A stretch of 43,321 nt of DNA, taken from assembly GCF_004010195.1 (NCBI RefSeq), contig NC_057719.1:85552982-85596302 (forward strand), given 5' to 3'. The stretch is from Chiloscyllium plagiosum. Its lineage: Eukaryota. The notes beneath the pieces are model-generated. The model ran no database searches. It saw nothing but the letters and a program-made list of their open reading frames with translations, and was not told the origin of the DNA. Below are positions 24,206 to 37,261 of the stretch, in pieces. The translations under genes were made by a program, and so were the position numbers. Position 1 is the first letter of the stretch; each line of letters begins with the position of its first letter.

Positions 24206-25004
24206 TTTCGGTCCTTGACTGCCAGTATATTTCTCCATCACGGTACTAACACCGTTATCAGATTGCTATTTGTGATCTGCACAGATTAGCTGCTCAGTTT
24301 CCTGTGATATAACAGTGACCTTAGTGCAAACAGCATTGCACTGGCTGAAAATAACTTTGGACTGACTTGAGGTTGTGAGTGCTGCTATCTAAATGGAAGG
24401 TCTTTTGCCTGTTCCACATAATTCCTCACAAAGTAGTGGGGTCTTTGTGACTCAGCTCTGTAAGTCCCATTGTCTGTTAAATTCAAGGTTGACATTACCT
24501 TATACATTAGTATCATAAGTTACAATTTCTTACCTCTGTCATCATTACCTGTATCCCTTGAAATCTGGGTCCCTACCTGGATACAGAGTTGCAAGTGGAT
24601 TGTTATGTTTCATTAGTTAAAGTTTTGCAACGAGGTGTGGAACTGACAAGTTTCTCAGCTTTTCACATTTTTTACTGAGATGTTGCAATAGGGAGCTGTG
24701 TTTTTACAATTAGCAATGACTTAAATGAGATGGGAGCAGAGAATTGGAAAGTGACATTCATTTCTTAAGGACAGAAGGAGGGGTAGAACTGTGGCAAATG
24801 GAATTTGGCAAGGAAGGTTATGAGAGTTCTCAATGAAGTCAAACTCAGAAATGCAGATAACCAGAGAGAAATTGATCATGAAAAGCTCAAGACCAAGTAT
24901 ATAAAATCATGACATTTTATAATGGATGCTGCTATGTATTTCAAAGTCTGGCTGGAATAGAAAGGAGTGACATATTACAGCTGGACAGTACACCAATTGA
25001 AACT

Positions 25005-25615
25005 CATTTGGTTTATTGGAGTCTATAAAGCAGTGAAGTACAGGAGTTGGGATGCCACGTTGTGGCTGTACATGATATTGGTGAGGCCACTTTTGGTAAA
25101 GTGCATTCAATTCTAGTCTGTCTGCTGTCGGAAAGATGTTGTTAAACTTGAAAAGATCCAGAAAAGATTTACAAGGATGTTGCTGGGACTGTAGGGTTTA
25201 CGCTATAGGGAGAGGCTGAATAGGCTGGGGCTATTTTCACTGGAGCATTGAATGTTGAGGTGTGCCCTTACAGATGTTTATAAAGTTATGATGGATATGG
25301 TGAATAGCTAAGGTCTTTTTCCCTGGGTAGGGGAGTCCAAAACTAGAGGGTAGAGGTTGAAGATGAGAGAGGAAAGGGTAATGTTTTCACCCAGAGGGTG
25401 GTGTGTGTATGGAAGGTGTTGCCAGAGGAAGTGGTGGAGGCTGGTACAATAACAACATTTAAAAGGCATTCGGATGGGGACATGAATAGGAAGGGTTTAG
25501 GGGAATAACAAATGCTGGCAAATTGGACTAGATTAATTTATGATGTCTCATTGGCATGAACAACTTGAACCAAAGCATTTGTTTTCATGCTGTATAACTC
25601 CATAACTCTATGACT
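25005..25615 (+). mobile_element. CR1 3' fragment
   Basis: Similar to 735-1358, including the CTCTATGACT tail. Confidence 0.88.
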
Positions 25616-25749
25616 GCAATCATACAGTTTGTCATGGCCTTGCGATTGAAGCATTCTTGCATTATTAAGCTCCTGTATACTCCTAACCAGCAGGAGTTAA
25701 TATTAAGAAATGTAGCAATAGGAGAATGAGATGAGAATATTTTATCAGA

Positions 25750-26430
25750 CAGTGGGACTACAGTTTGTAGCAATCTCCAGGCTGTAAGAGTACAGTTTGT
25801 AGCAATCTCCAGGCTGTGAGAGTACCGTTTGTAGCAATCTCCAGGCTGTTGGTGTACAGTTTGTAGCAATCTCCAGGCTGTTGGTGTACAGTTTGTAGCA
25901 ATCTTCGGGCTGTGGGAGTACAGTTTGTAGCAATCTCCAGGCAGTCGGACTACAGTTTGTAGCAATCTCCAGAGTGTGGGAGTACAGTTTGTAGCAATCT
26001 CCAGGCTGAGAGTTCAGTTTGTAGCAATCTCAAGACTGAGGAGTACAGTTTGTAGCAATCTCCAAGCTGTGAGAGTACAGTTTGTAGCAATCTCCAGGCT
26101 GTGGGAGTACAGTTTGTAGCAATCTCCAGGCTTTGGGAGTACAGTTTGTAGCAATCTCCAGGCTGTGAGAGTACAGTTTGAAGCAATCTCCAGACTGAGA
26201 GAGTACAGTTTGTAGCAATCTCCGGGCTGTGGGATTACCGTTTGTAGCAATCTCCAGGCTGTGGGAGTACAGTTTGTAGCAATCTCCAGGCTGTGAGAGT
26301 ACAGTTTGAAGCAATCTCCAGACTGAGAGAGTACAGTTTGTAGCAATCTCCAGGCTGTGGGATTACCGTTTGTCGCAATCTCCAGGCTGTGGCGTTACAG
26401 TTTGTAGCAATCTCCAGACTGTGAGAGTAT
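25750..26430. repeat. 32-bp minisatellite, ~21 copies
   Basis: Unit TACAGTTTGTAGCAATCTCCAGGCTGTG(A/G)GAG starting at 25759, 25791, 25823, 25855 and onward. Confidence 0.97.
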
Positions 26431-27129
26431 TGTTTGCTGGAATCTCTAATCTGTAGGATTTGGCTGCACCCTCCAAGCTGTCAGAATTGGAAATAGGTTT
26501 CCCGGCTAGCAATGCTAGAAAGGGGACTGAAGCTGCTTCAGCAGTCCAAGGGGAAAGGCTGGGAAGAGTAAAGAGTTACAATTGAATTACTGTAAAGGAT
26601 GCTGCTGTTTATGCTAAGTGCCTCCTAAATCTCCTCACAAATGTGCAGATTTGTATTTTACACATTTTGTAGAATAAACTCATGTTTCTTAAAAACAAAC
26701 TGAAATATAAAACCAATGACTATCAACATAGGTATCACTCTGACCTCCAAATTGCCGATGATGAACATCAACTAGAATCATATTGACACCGAGAAAGGGG
26801 GAGCTGGTCTTGGTTTTGCCCAGGAGCACATACTATCAGAGTCAGGCTGAGAGAGTTAAATGAAGATGCCCCACCAGAGCTCCAGTTTGGTGGAACTGGA
26901 CAAAGGGACTATTTCCAGGTCAATCACCAAGCAGAAAACCAATGAGCGCAGATTACACATTCAGAGAAAAAGGCTTGTGAAGCATTAGAGACCACAGATT
27001 CACTGAGGATATTTTCCTATTGGAAGGGCAATGGATTACATTCAAAGGGTTAAGTGAAGAGGACTTGGTCAAAAGTCACTGGAAGATTCACCCAGTTGTG
27101 GCAGAGAGAAGAGACCCTGTTAAACCTGG

Positions 27130-30100
27130 GAGATGAAAGAAGATATTCCTGGGAATGCGCCCAGTGAAGTTATCTGGGTAGAACTTATTGGGATTGTACT
27201 ATAAGCCCCACAAAAGTCAGCAGGAAATTGAGAAGCAAATTTGTAAGGAGATCTCAGATATCTGTAAGAATGCTAAGATAGTAATGGTGGGGATTTTAAT
27301 GTTCCAAACATAGATGGGGCTATCATGATGTTAAGGGCTTGCATGGGGAGTGTGCATAAAAAAATCTTCTTATTGGGATTGTACATAAGCCCCACAATAG
27401 TCAGCAGGAAACTGAGAAGCAAATTTGTAAGGAGATCGCCAACATCTGTAAGAACGCTGAGGCAGTAATGGTGGGGGATTTTAAAGTTCCAAACATAGAT
27501 GGGGCTATCATGGTGTTAAGGGCTTGTATGGGGAGTGTGCACAAGATAATTTTCTTATTCAAGATGTAGGTGTATCTACTGGAGAAGGGGCAAGATTTGA
27601 TCGTCTTTTGGGAAGTTAGTCAGAGCAAGTGAGTGCGGAGTACTTTGGGATCAGTGATCATAATTCTCCTAGTTTTGAGATAGTTATGGAAAAGGATAGA
27701 CCTGATCCAAAATTTAAAATTCTAAATTGGAGTAAAGCCAATTTTAACAATTTTTGGCAAAAATTTTCACAAGCTGATTGGGAGAGGCTGATTGCAGGTA
27801 AAGGGACTATTAAAAAGTAGAAGGACTTCAAAAATGAAATAAGGAGAGTCCAAAGGCAATCTGTTCCTGTTAGTGTAAAGCGCAAGACTGGTTGGGGTAG
27901 GGAATACTGGATGCCTGGAGAAATTGATGCTCTGGTCAAGAAAAAGAAGGAGGCATATGGCAGGTATAGACAGACAGGATCGAGTGAGTCCCTCGTGGAG
28001 TGTAGGGGCAGTCGGAGTATACTCAAGAAGGAAATCAGGAGGGGGAAAGGGGACATGTGCTAGCTTTGGCAAGTAGGGTTAAGGAGATTCTCCAAACACA
28101 TGAAGGGAAAAAGAGTAACTCTGGAGAGAGTCGGACCCTTAAAGATTAACAAGGCCATCTGTGTGCAGAACTGCAGGAGATGGGTGAGGTACTAAATGAG
28201 TATTTTGTGTCAGTATTTACTGTGAAGAAGGATATGGAAACTAATGAATTTGGATAAATAAAGAGTAATACCTTGGCATCATATTACAGAGCAGGTGCTG
28301 ATGGACATCTTAAAACATATAAATGTAAAATAATCTCTGGGACCTGATCAGGTGTATTCCAGAACTTTATGTGAAGCTAGCGAAGTGATTGCTGGACCCC
28401 TTGCTGAGATGTTTGTATCATTGACAGCCACAGGTGAGGTGCTGGATGACTGGAGGGCAGCTAAAGTGGTGCCATTATTTAAGGAAGGTGGTAAGGAAAA
28501 GCCATGGAACTGTAGACCGGTCAGCCTGACGCCAGTGGTGGGTATGTTGTTCGAGGGGTTTCTGAGGGACAGGACTTGCATATATTTGGAAAGGCAAGGA
28601 TTCATTAGGAATAGTCAACATGGGTTTGTCTGTGGGAAATCGTGTCTCCCTAACTTGATTGACCTTTTAAAAGAAGTAGCAAAGAATATTGATGAAGGCA
28701 GAGCAGTGGACATTGTCAATGTAGACTTCAGTAAGGAGTACAACAAGGTACCATATGATAGATTGGTTAGCAAGGTTAGCTCACGTGGAATCCTGGGAAA
28801 CCTAGCCAGTTAGATACAAAATTGGCTTGAAGGTAGGAGACAGAGGGTGATGGGACGGTAGAGGCTTGTCTTTCGGCCTGGAGGTCAGGGACCAGTGCTG
28901 TTCCACAAGCAATAGTGCTGAGTCCACTGCTTTTTATCATTTATTTATACATTATATTGAGATGAGCATCGGAGGAATGATGAGTAAATTAGCAGATTAC
29001 AACAAAATTAATGGTGTAGTGGACAATAAGATAGTTTATCTCAGACTTGATCAGATGGGCCGATAGGCCGAGGAGTGGCAGATGTATTTTAATTTAGATA
29101 AATGTGAGGTGTTGTATTTTTAAAACGCAGATCAATGTAGGACTTGAACACTTAAAGATAGTGTCCTGAAGAGTGCCAAACAAAGAGACCTTGAGCTTCA
29201 GGTTCATATTTCCTTGAAGGTGGAGTGGCAGGTAGACAGGATAATGAAGAAGGCATTTGGGCATTTGGTGCATTTGGAGCATTGGTCAGTGCATTCAGTT
29301 TCAGAGTTGGGAGGTCATGTTGCAGCTGTACAGGACATTAGTTCGCCCACTTTTAGAATACTGCATTCAGTTCTGGTCTCCCTGCTATAGGAAAGATGTT
29401 GTTAAACTTGAAACAGTTCAGAAAAGATTACAAGAATGTTACCAGGGTTGGAGGTTTGGAGGTTTGAGCTATAGGGAGAGGGTGAATAGGCTGGCGTTGT
29501 TTTCCCTAGAGCATTGGAGGCTGTAGGGTGACCTTATCGAGGATTATAAAACCATGAGGGGCATTGGATAGGATGAATAGCCAAGGTCTTTCTTCCAGGG
29601 GTGGAGAGCCCAAGACTAGAGGGCATAGGTCTAAGGTATGAGGGGAAAAATTTACAAGAGTCCTAAGTGTCATCCTTTTCGTGCAGAGGGTGGCGCTTGT
29701 ATTAAATGAGCTGACAGAAGAACGGTTGATGTTAGATTAGATTACTTACAGTGTGGAAACAGGCCCTTCGGCCCAACAAGTCCACACCGACCCGCCGAAG
29801 CGTAACCCACCCATACCCCTACATTTACCCCATTACCTAACACTATGGGCAATTTAGCATGGCCAATTCGCCTGACCTGCACATCTTTAGACTGTGGGAG
29901 GAAACCGGAGCACCCGGAGGAAACCCACGCAGACACGGGGAAAATGTGCAAACTCCACACAGACAGTCGCCTGAGTCGGGAATTGAACCCGGGTCTCTGG
30001 CGCTGTGAGGCAACAGTGCTAACCACTGTGCCACCGTGCCGCCTACGTGTTGTTATAATTGCCACATTTTGAAGTAGATGGATAGGTATATGAACAGGCA

Positions 30101-30234
30101 GAGTTTAGAAGGATATGGGCTAAATGCTGGCAAATGAGACTGGGTTAATTAAGGATATCTGGTTGGCATTGGTGATTTGGACCAAAAAGTCTGTTTCTCT
30201 ACTGCAAATCTCTATGACTTTTATGACTCTATGA
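27130..30234 (+). mobile_element. CR1 ORF2 (APE and RT), decayed, interrupted by a SINE
   Basis: GISDHNS, QHGFVCGKSCLPNL, DFSKEYNKVP and LEYCIQFWSP; CTATGACT tail. Confidence 0.92.
29732..30043 (-). mobile_element. HE1-type shark V-SINE, full length, young
   Basis: tRNA-like head with A box TGGCACAGTGG and B box GGTTCAATTCC; V-domain GGGTTTCCTCCGGGTGCTCCGGTTTCCTCCCAC; (AATCT)n-like tail. Confidence 0.9.
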
Positions 30235-31399
30235 AGTCCAAGTCAACATTTTTGGAAAGAAGGCTGCATAAAGAATGAACATAATGTAGGGTTTCAGTGA
30301 TGAAAATTGAGAGACAATGCCTTTATTGTAATCTAGTGTATTATGTGCCTGCACAGGAATGTGTAGACAATATTAATTTTAGTCCATTTGTTGCAGTGAA
30401 CATCTGAAAACATAACGTCTTGCCAGGTGTTCTTAATTCTGCAAGCTGGCTGGACAGACAGTGATACTTAATTCTGCAAGCTGGCTGGACAGACAGTGAT
30501 AATATTATCAGGAGGAGCAGGCAGCGTTAGCAAATATTTAAACATTCTCTTGCTTACAAATGTTTGTGTACAATAGATACACCTATCTAACACCATAATG
30601 ATAGAACTTTAATATATGTAACAATCGTGTATAAAGAGGCTGCTGTAAGAATTGTCCTTGGGATTCCATTTCCGCTTCGGACTGTGCTACTGTGGATGCT
30701 GAATAAAGAGGCTATTTTTACCACTTACCAAGTTTGGTTGTTATTCGAACACTATCCCACAGTGTAGAAGGGATACATTTAGGGTCTTGACATATTCAGA
30801 GTAATTGCAGGGAAAATGGGATATGTACAAGATGGGCAGGTTACAACCCCACTGGATGGTGACCTGTAGCCGAGCTCGGGAATTCATAAAAAAAGTGTCT
30901 GATGATGTCCATGGTCAGACCACAGTGAGGCAGCTGACTCTTAACTGGCTAGTGAGAAATTCGAGTTGGACAATGAATGCTGGCCATTCAGTGACACCTT
31001 CATCCTCTGAATGAATAAAAGAAAACTAACATTGTAGGGTGTGGGGAACAGAGGGTTTCAATAAGGAAGTCATGAACCTGAGAGGGAGGACAAAAAGGAG
31101 GGAACCATAGATAGAAATAAAAGATGGAAAAGTAAGAAGTAAAAGTGGAAGGCAGCAGAAACACAGAGCAGCAGTAAACAGAGCAGGAGTACCAAAGTAA
31201 CTGAATAAGAATGTCAAAGAACCAGGGCTAAAGATATTGTATCAGTTATCTAAGCCTTTCAGACAAAGGAACACAGCAGGAAAATGCAGTCAGATACAGT
31301 TTCAAAAAAAAGCAAGCCTATTGATTGGGATGAGTTTAGAATTTAACAAAGGCAGACCAATAGGTGATTGATAGGGTAAAGATGGAATGCGAATGTAAA

Positions 31400-33270
31400 T
31401 GTAGAGAAATAAAAAACCAAGTTGGACGAGCTTTCATAATTCTGTCAAGCAAAACGATGAGTTAAAACAAATGTAAGTCCCTTTATGATCTAAAATAGGA
31501 GAATTGAAAATAGAAAACACAGAAAAATTGGAGACCAATCAAACAGTTCCTTTAGTGCGGTATTAATAGAAAAAGACACACAAAATGCTTCCTGCAAATG
31601 CTTTGGAAGAAAGTGATTATTGTGAAGAAGTAATTGAAGGAAATTAGTACAAATAAAAGAAAAAGAAGTGCTGAAGAAATTAATGACAATGAAATCTGAT
31701 AAATCCCCGGGATATGATATTCTCTATCCCAGAGCACTAAAGGTAATGGTCATGGAAGTAGAGGATGTATTAATGAACATTTTACAAAATTCTCAAGGTT
31801 TCCATTCCCAGCAGCTTGGAAAGTGACAAAATGTAACATCACTGTTTTAAAAAAGGAGGGAGAGAGAAACCAGACAATTACAGAACTAGTCAGCCTGACA
31901 TCAGGAGCAGAGAAAATGCTGGATTCGACTATAGGGGACATCAAAACACGAAGCTTAGAAAATACTAATTGGATTTCACAAAGCTAACATGTATTTATGG
32001 AAGGGAAATCATGTTTGGCAAACTTACTCTCCTCTGTTTTGAGGATTCAAAGAATAGAATTGATGAGGGAGAACCAGTGGATGTTATGTTTAGATTTTCA
32101 TAAAGTGTTTGGAAATGCCTCAAATAAGAGGTGATTGTTCAAAGTTAAATCACATGTTAATAGTGAAAATATACTGGTATGGATTGAGAACTGGTTAACA
32201 GGTGGGGATCAAGAGTTGGACTAAATAGGTTGTTTTCAGGTTGGATGGTGATGGCAAGTGAGGTACCACAGGGATCAGTGCATGGATTCTAGCCATTCAC
32301 AATATATTATCAATGATCTGGAATAGGGAAACAAATGTGATATTTTCATATTTGTTGACAACATACAACTAGGTGGGACTGGGAGTGTGAGTGGTGAGGA
32401 AGACAGAAAGAGTCTTCAGGGTAATTGAGACAAGTGAGTGGTCAAATACATGGCAGATGAATATGAAGCTTCCCACTTCAGCAGGAACAGCATATGGCAG
32501 AGCATATTGTAAATGATGATAGACTGGGAAATGTTGACGTACAAAAGGATCCCATATCTTCGTACACTGGTCACTGAAAGCAAGCGTGCAGATGCAGCAG
32601 GCTGTTAGGAAGACAAATTATAAGATTGGTTTTCACTGCAAGAGGGTTTGAGAATAGGAACAAGAATGTTTTACTGCAGCTGTACAGGGTCTGAGTCAGA
32701 CCACACCTGAGGCATTACATGCAGAATTACAATCCCGACAGTTTGGAAACAGGCCATTTGGCCCAACAGGTCCATACCAACTCTCCAAAACTTATCCCAC
32801 CCAGACCCATTCACCTACACCTATTATTCTACATTTCCCATAACCAATGCACCTAACCTACACATCCCTGCACACTATGGGACAAAGTAGCATGGCCACT
32901 TCACCTAACTTACACATCTTTGGGTTGTGGGAGGATACCAGAGCACCTGGAGGAAACCCACGCAGACACAAGGAGAATGTGCAAACTCCACACAGACAGA
33001 AGAAGGAATTGAACCAGGGTCCCTGGTTCTGTGAGGCAACAGTACTAACCACTGAGCCACCATGCTGCCCTTTTATGACTCCTCACATGCCAGAGAGGAT
33101 GTGAAGCAAACGTTTATCAGTCTGATCCCTGCGATGGCAGCTTTGTCAGAGAAAGAGACATTGGATTTACTGGGTTTGTATTCACTGGATTTTAGAAGGA
33201 TGAGAGGAAAACTCATGGCAACATTTCCCATTCGGATCGGGGAAACCAGAATGGGTGCACACTGAGCAAA
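31400..33270 (+). mobile_element. Old CR1 ORF2 remnant interrupted by a SINE
   Basis: Degenerate DKSPG, NYR.VSLTS, GKSCL.NL and VPQGSV segments. Confidence 0.75.
32727..33070 (-). mobile_element. HE1-type V-SINE
   Basis: Similar to 29732-30043. Confidence 0.85.
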
Positions 33271-34384
33271 ATATTCAGAAGAGTTATGATAGTATTGTGG
33301 CGTGACAGGAGGAATGTGTTTGTTAGCTTGCCTCAGTTCTCCATTGAGTCACACTAAACACATTGATTTACTTATTCAAAAGACCAATTAAGTCCCAATT
33401 GATACTCCTCTCCAGAATAAAAGAACTCAGTTTGTTCAATAAACTCAGGAATAATCTGCATACTATAAAATAAAACTGATAGCTAAGGCCAAGTGCAAAA
33501 CTGGTCAACTTCTAAGCTAGGCTCCAGAATGACACCTATATTCCCTTTCAATCCAAACAGGCAGCCACACTCACAAAACATAAACCAAAACACAGACTCT
33601 GCAGCAAAGATGCTTTCAAACTGACTAATGAGAACACCTTAATAGACAATGATCTGAAAAGCAAAAGATAGAAAATTTGGTGAAATCACAGGGTTCACCA
33701 GCTTTCCTGTTGATAACATCGAATTGTTGACAGCCACCAGTTGATGTAATATTTTCTAAGCAAGCTTCAATTTGGCTGGAAATCAAATTGCTTTCAAACA
33801 TTTGGAAAGTGGTCATGGTTCAGCTTTTCAGTGTTTAAATGGTAGTTAAAATATAATGATGTGAAAACTTGATCTGGTATTCAATCATTTCAACTAAGAG
33901 AGGGAGAAAGAGACATGCAGCTTTCACTATAAGCTTTGAGGGGGGCTTCTTTCTTGTGCCTCCCTCAGTTTTTGAAGCAGAAACCAAGATTGGATCAGTT
34001 TACTAGGTAGTCATCAGGTTAGGACCTCACAAACTCTTCCAAATCTAGGTTCTCTAATAAGTAAGAGCAACAAACCCAATCTCTTATCTCTCTAAAACCT
34101 TTTCTTGGCTGTTTTTCCAAGGTCACATGACTTGCTGCCATTGAATCATGAGCTCCATTAAATTATTTAGCCCAATTTTCCAAGCGACCCCTTTATCAAC
34201 AACTTCTGAAAAGCATTCTGTGCATCAAATACATTGAGTAACTGAAGTAAATGCTGTCTAAAATGACTGAGTTTATTATTACGTGGAACAGAAACAGCTG
34301 TAGAAAATGTGCAAATGACAGATGAAATTACCTATGTTAAATTAATCAGTAATATTCCTCTAACTGGTTTATATTCAACTACTT

Positions 34385-34645
34385 TCTTCAACAGTATATC
34401 ATGCTTTGAGGCAGTGCATGTTCCAATTAATGATAGTTTATTTTAGGAATTTTATGGGGAGATTTTTGCATTATTGTCTCTACTTGTTTGTTCAATGACC
34501 TGTGATTGATATGAACAATGAGGGATTTCTCATCTCTCTCTGTACCTTGCCATCTATAAGTACGAGGCTCCTCTGAATGCTTCATGTCATCAGGCAAAGC
34601 TATTATCTGGGGCATCAGCAGGAAAACCTTTAAATTCACAGAAAA
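34385..34645 (+). promoter_or_regulatory. Putative proximal promoter and 5' UTR of the GPCR (TATAAGTA at 34555-34562)
   Basis: Conserved with 42185-42427; TATA-like box ~90 nt upstream of the ATG. Confidence 0.55.
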
Positions 34646-34718
34646 ATGCGTGAACCAACAATACTCCATCAGTTGGAAGATGTTTACTACCCCTTTCTTG
34701 CAGTTGTTGGAGTTCTTG
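34646..34718 (+). CDS. GPR139/GPR142-like class A orphan GPCR, coding exon 1 (MREPTILHQLEDVYYPFLAVVGVL)
   Basis: ATG at 34646; YYP..A.VGV start of TM1; phase-1 donor G|GTAAGA at 34719 splices in frame to the acceptor at 37261. Confidence 0.85.
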
Positions 34719-35169
34719 GTAAGACATTTAACAATTTCAAAGACTTGTATTTTAACCATGTTACCTCTGACTTTTGTTTTCTTTAAAAGTTCTGTTTAAA
34801 ACATCATTTTGGTGATTACAGATCTTAATTATAATCAATGGCAAAAGTTTTCTTAAAAAGCATTCTGAATGATTCAATTATTTAAGTAACAAACAACAAA
34901 ATGTAATTGTTCACATATTTGCTAATCCCATAATAAATGTTTAGTTTCAATATCAATTGTTGGTGTGAATCTGTTACCAAAAAGCATGCAGTGTCATAGC
35001 TAAGACTCGAAATAAACTGGCAACCAACCTGGCTAATAGTTCTGATCTAACTCCATCATCTCAGAGAGTCTGGTATCTGGAAGTTGAAGCAGACCAGGTA
35101 AGGACAGATTACTTACACCAAGTAGGTTAAGGCAGGATAAGGTATTAGAGCAAAGAGGGCTAAGAGGAG

Positions 35170-35541
35170 ACCAGGGTGAGATGGAGAGATTATGATGGGC
35201 ATGGACAGGGTGAACAGAAAGTAACTGTTTTCTTTTAGTTAAAGGGTCAGTAACAAGGGGGAATCATTTTGAAGTGAAAGGCAAGAGGTTTAGAGGAGAT
35301 TTGAGGAAAAATGTTTTTCACCCAGAGGGTGGTGGAAATCTGGAACCCACTGCCTCGGTGGATACTTGAGGTGGAAACCTCACAACCTTTAAAAAGTATT
35401 TGAATGAGCACTTAAACTGTCATAGCATTAAAGGCTGTGAGTCAAGTGCTGGAAAGGGGGATCGGTGTAGATGTTGATTGTTGTTAGCTGGTGCAGGCTC
35501 AATGGGCCAAAGGGCCTCTTCTCCATTGGATGATTCTATGA
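35170..35541 (+). mobile_element. CR1 3' fragment in the GPCR intron
   Basis: TTTTTCACCCAGAGGGTGG segment and GATTCTATGA tail. Confidence 0.75.
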
Positions 35542-37261
35542 GCTATAAATATGAATGATAGAATTGGGCAGTGAAGGGTTAAAACTCAGAAATATTGTAT
35601 GGCTGAGGGAACTAGTCTAATTGCCAATCATATGGCAACCTTTGACATTAGAAATGGATAAAGAGAGTGAATGCAGAATGAGTGTGTGTTGTCATCTCAA
35701 GTTTTGTGCTGGTTTCTCATATTTCATGTTTATATTGTAACAGAACTGTCACCATCAACAAAATTAAGAAAAGTCCATATTCATGGTATGGAAGCATTGC
35801 AATAGCTGAAAAAATGAACTTCCATCATATGGTTAAAATACCTGGATTTTAAATTCATATTCTTGAATTAAAATGGTTTCAAAAGAAAAGAAACATTGAC
35901 TGAAGGTGGCTGCAGTGATCATATGATCATATGTGAACCCATCAATAAAGAAGACCCAGTCTGAAGTGAAATTGGCATATTTTCTAATGGACTGAAATAG
36001 TCACTCAGACCTCTATCTACTGTTCTTTTTACACCTTTCAGGAAGTTTCACAAAATGCGATGAAAGTTGCCAGCATATTTTTCCAGTTTGGAGCCAGACA
36101 TTGCAATAGACAATTGAACTCCATTTCAGGCAGAGCAGCAGAAAACTGATCAATTCCAACAGCAGAACTAGAAAGTATGCTTTCTCTCTCTCCCTCTCTC
36201 TCTGTTTGCATTTCTCTCTTGACCTGTTAGAAGGCAACACTCAGTGAAAAACAGAGAACTCAAAGATATCTGCAGACAATATAAATCAATTAAACAACTC
36301 TGGGTTCAGATTATCCTACCTCTTTGATAACTCTATGTATGTATGTATGAATGAATGAATGAACAACTAAGCTTTATTGTCACAAGAGTCCAGTGAAAAG
36401 TTTATAAATCATCACTTACAGCACCATCTTAGATACAAAGGTACCTGGGTACAGGTTGTTCAGTGACAAGATTGGTCACAGTGTAATGATGTCACCAACA
36501 CATGGCACAATCTCAGGTGCACAGTATCTAGGTATAACCCCTAGTTACAGAATAGAGAAATGAAGAAAACATTATAGCTATACACAGTATAGATCAGAAA
36601 AACAAGAAACAAGTTAAAAAGCCAAACATCACAGTCCCTCTCCAAGAGCTTTCCACAGCTGACCAGTGCAGGGGGTCTCCATGTGGTCAGCTTGCTGGCT
36701 GTTGCCATGTTCCCCACTGGACCACTCTCTGTGCTTTGTACCAGGTTGCTGCCCCCTCTTTGTACCAGGATATGTGTCCTCACCACTCTGAACAGTTTGA
36801 TTAAAACTATCTATCATGACATCCAGGTACGTGATGATGATATAACTGACCCCATGATTCTGACACCATTATAAGACCAGTCTGGAATGAGCATGTGAAG
36901 AGGGATGTATTGGAAGCTGTGCAAGATAACTCTTTTCAATAATCACGCATGTACAGGTGTAAATAAAGGAGTGTTAGGGAACATAAGGAGTTGCAGTGCC
37001 TTGCATATAAATAGGGAGCAAGCAACCTCAAGGACAGTCATAGATCAAGATACTTAGACCAGCATCTCAATGCTAAGGTAGCAATAATGACTCAAAGCAG
37101 AACCAAGGCAGGTAAATAAACTCAAAATAATTCACTTGAATGATAGAGGAGGTTCTTGTTACTAAAAGATATACTCCTATTCTGCTTGCGAACTGATGTA
37201 ATGCACATGCTATCTGAGATTGCAATCCATAATTTCTTTCATATCCCCATTTGCTTTTCAG

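Noticed and set aside
25750..26430. CRISPR-like array
   Set aside because: The 'spacers' are ~10-bp variants of one another; no cas genes; eukaryotic context
29960..30043. tRNA gene
   Set aside because: It is the tRNA-derived head of an HE1-type SINE, followed by the V-domain and tail
33295..34240. Possible solo LTR upstream of the GPCR
   Set aside because: No convincing TG..CA ends or TSD could be identified by eye
37156..37261. N-terminal 35 aa of the 335-aa ORF as the real start of a single-exon gene
   Set aside because: It starts at TTG and runs through a polypyrimidine tract and acceptor; a family-typical exon 1 exists at 34646
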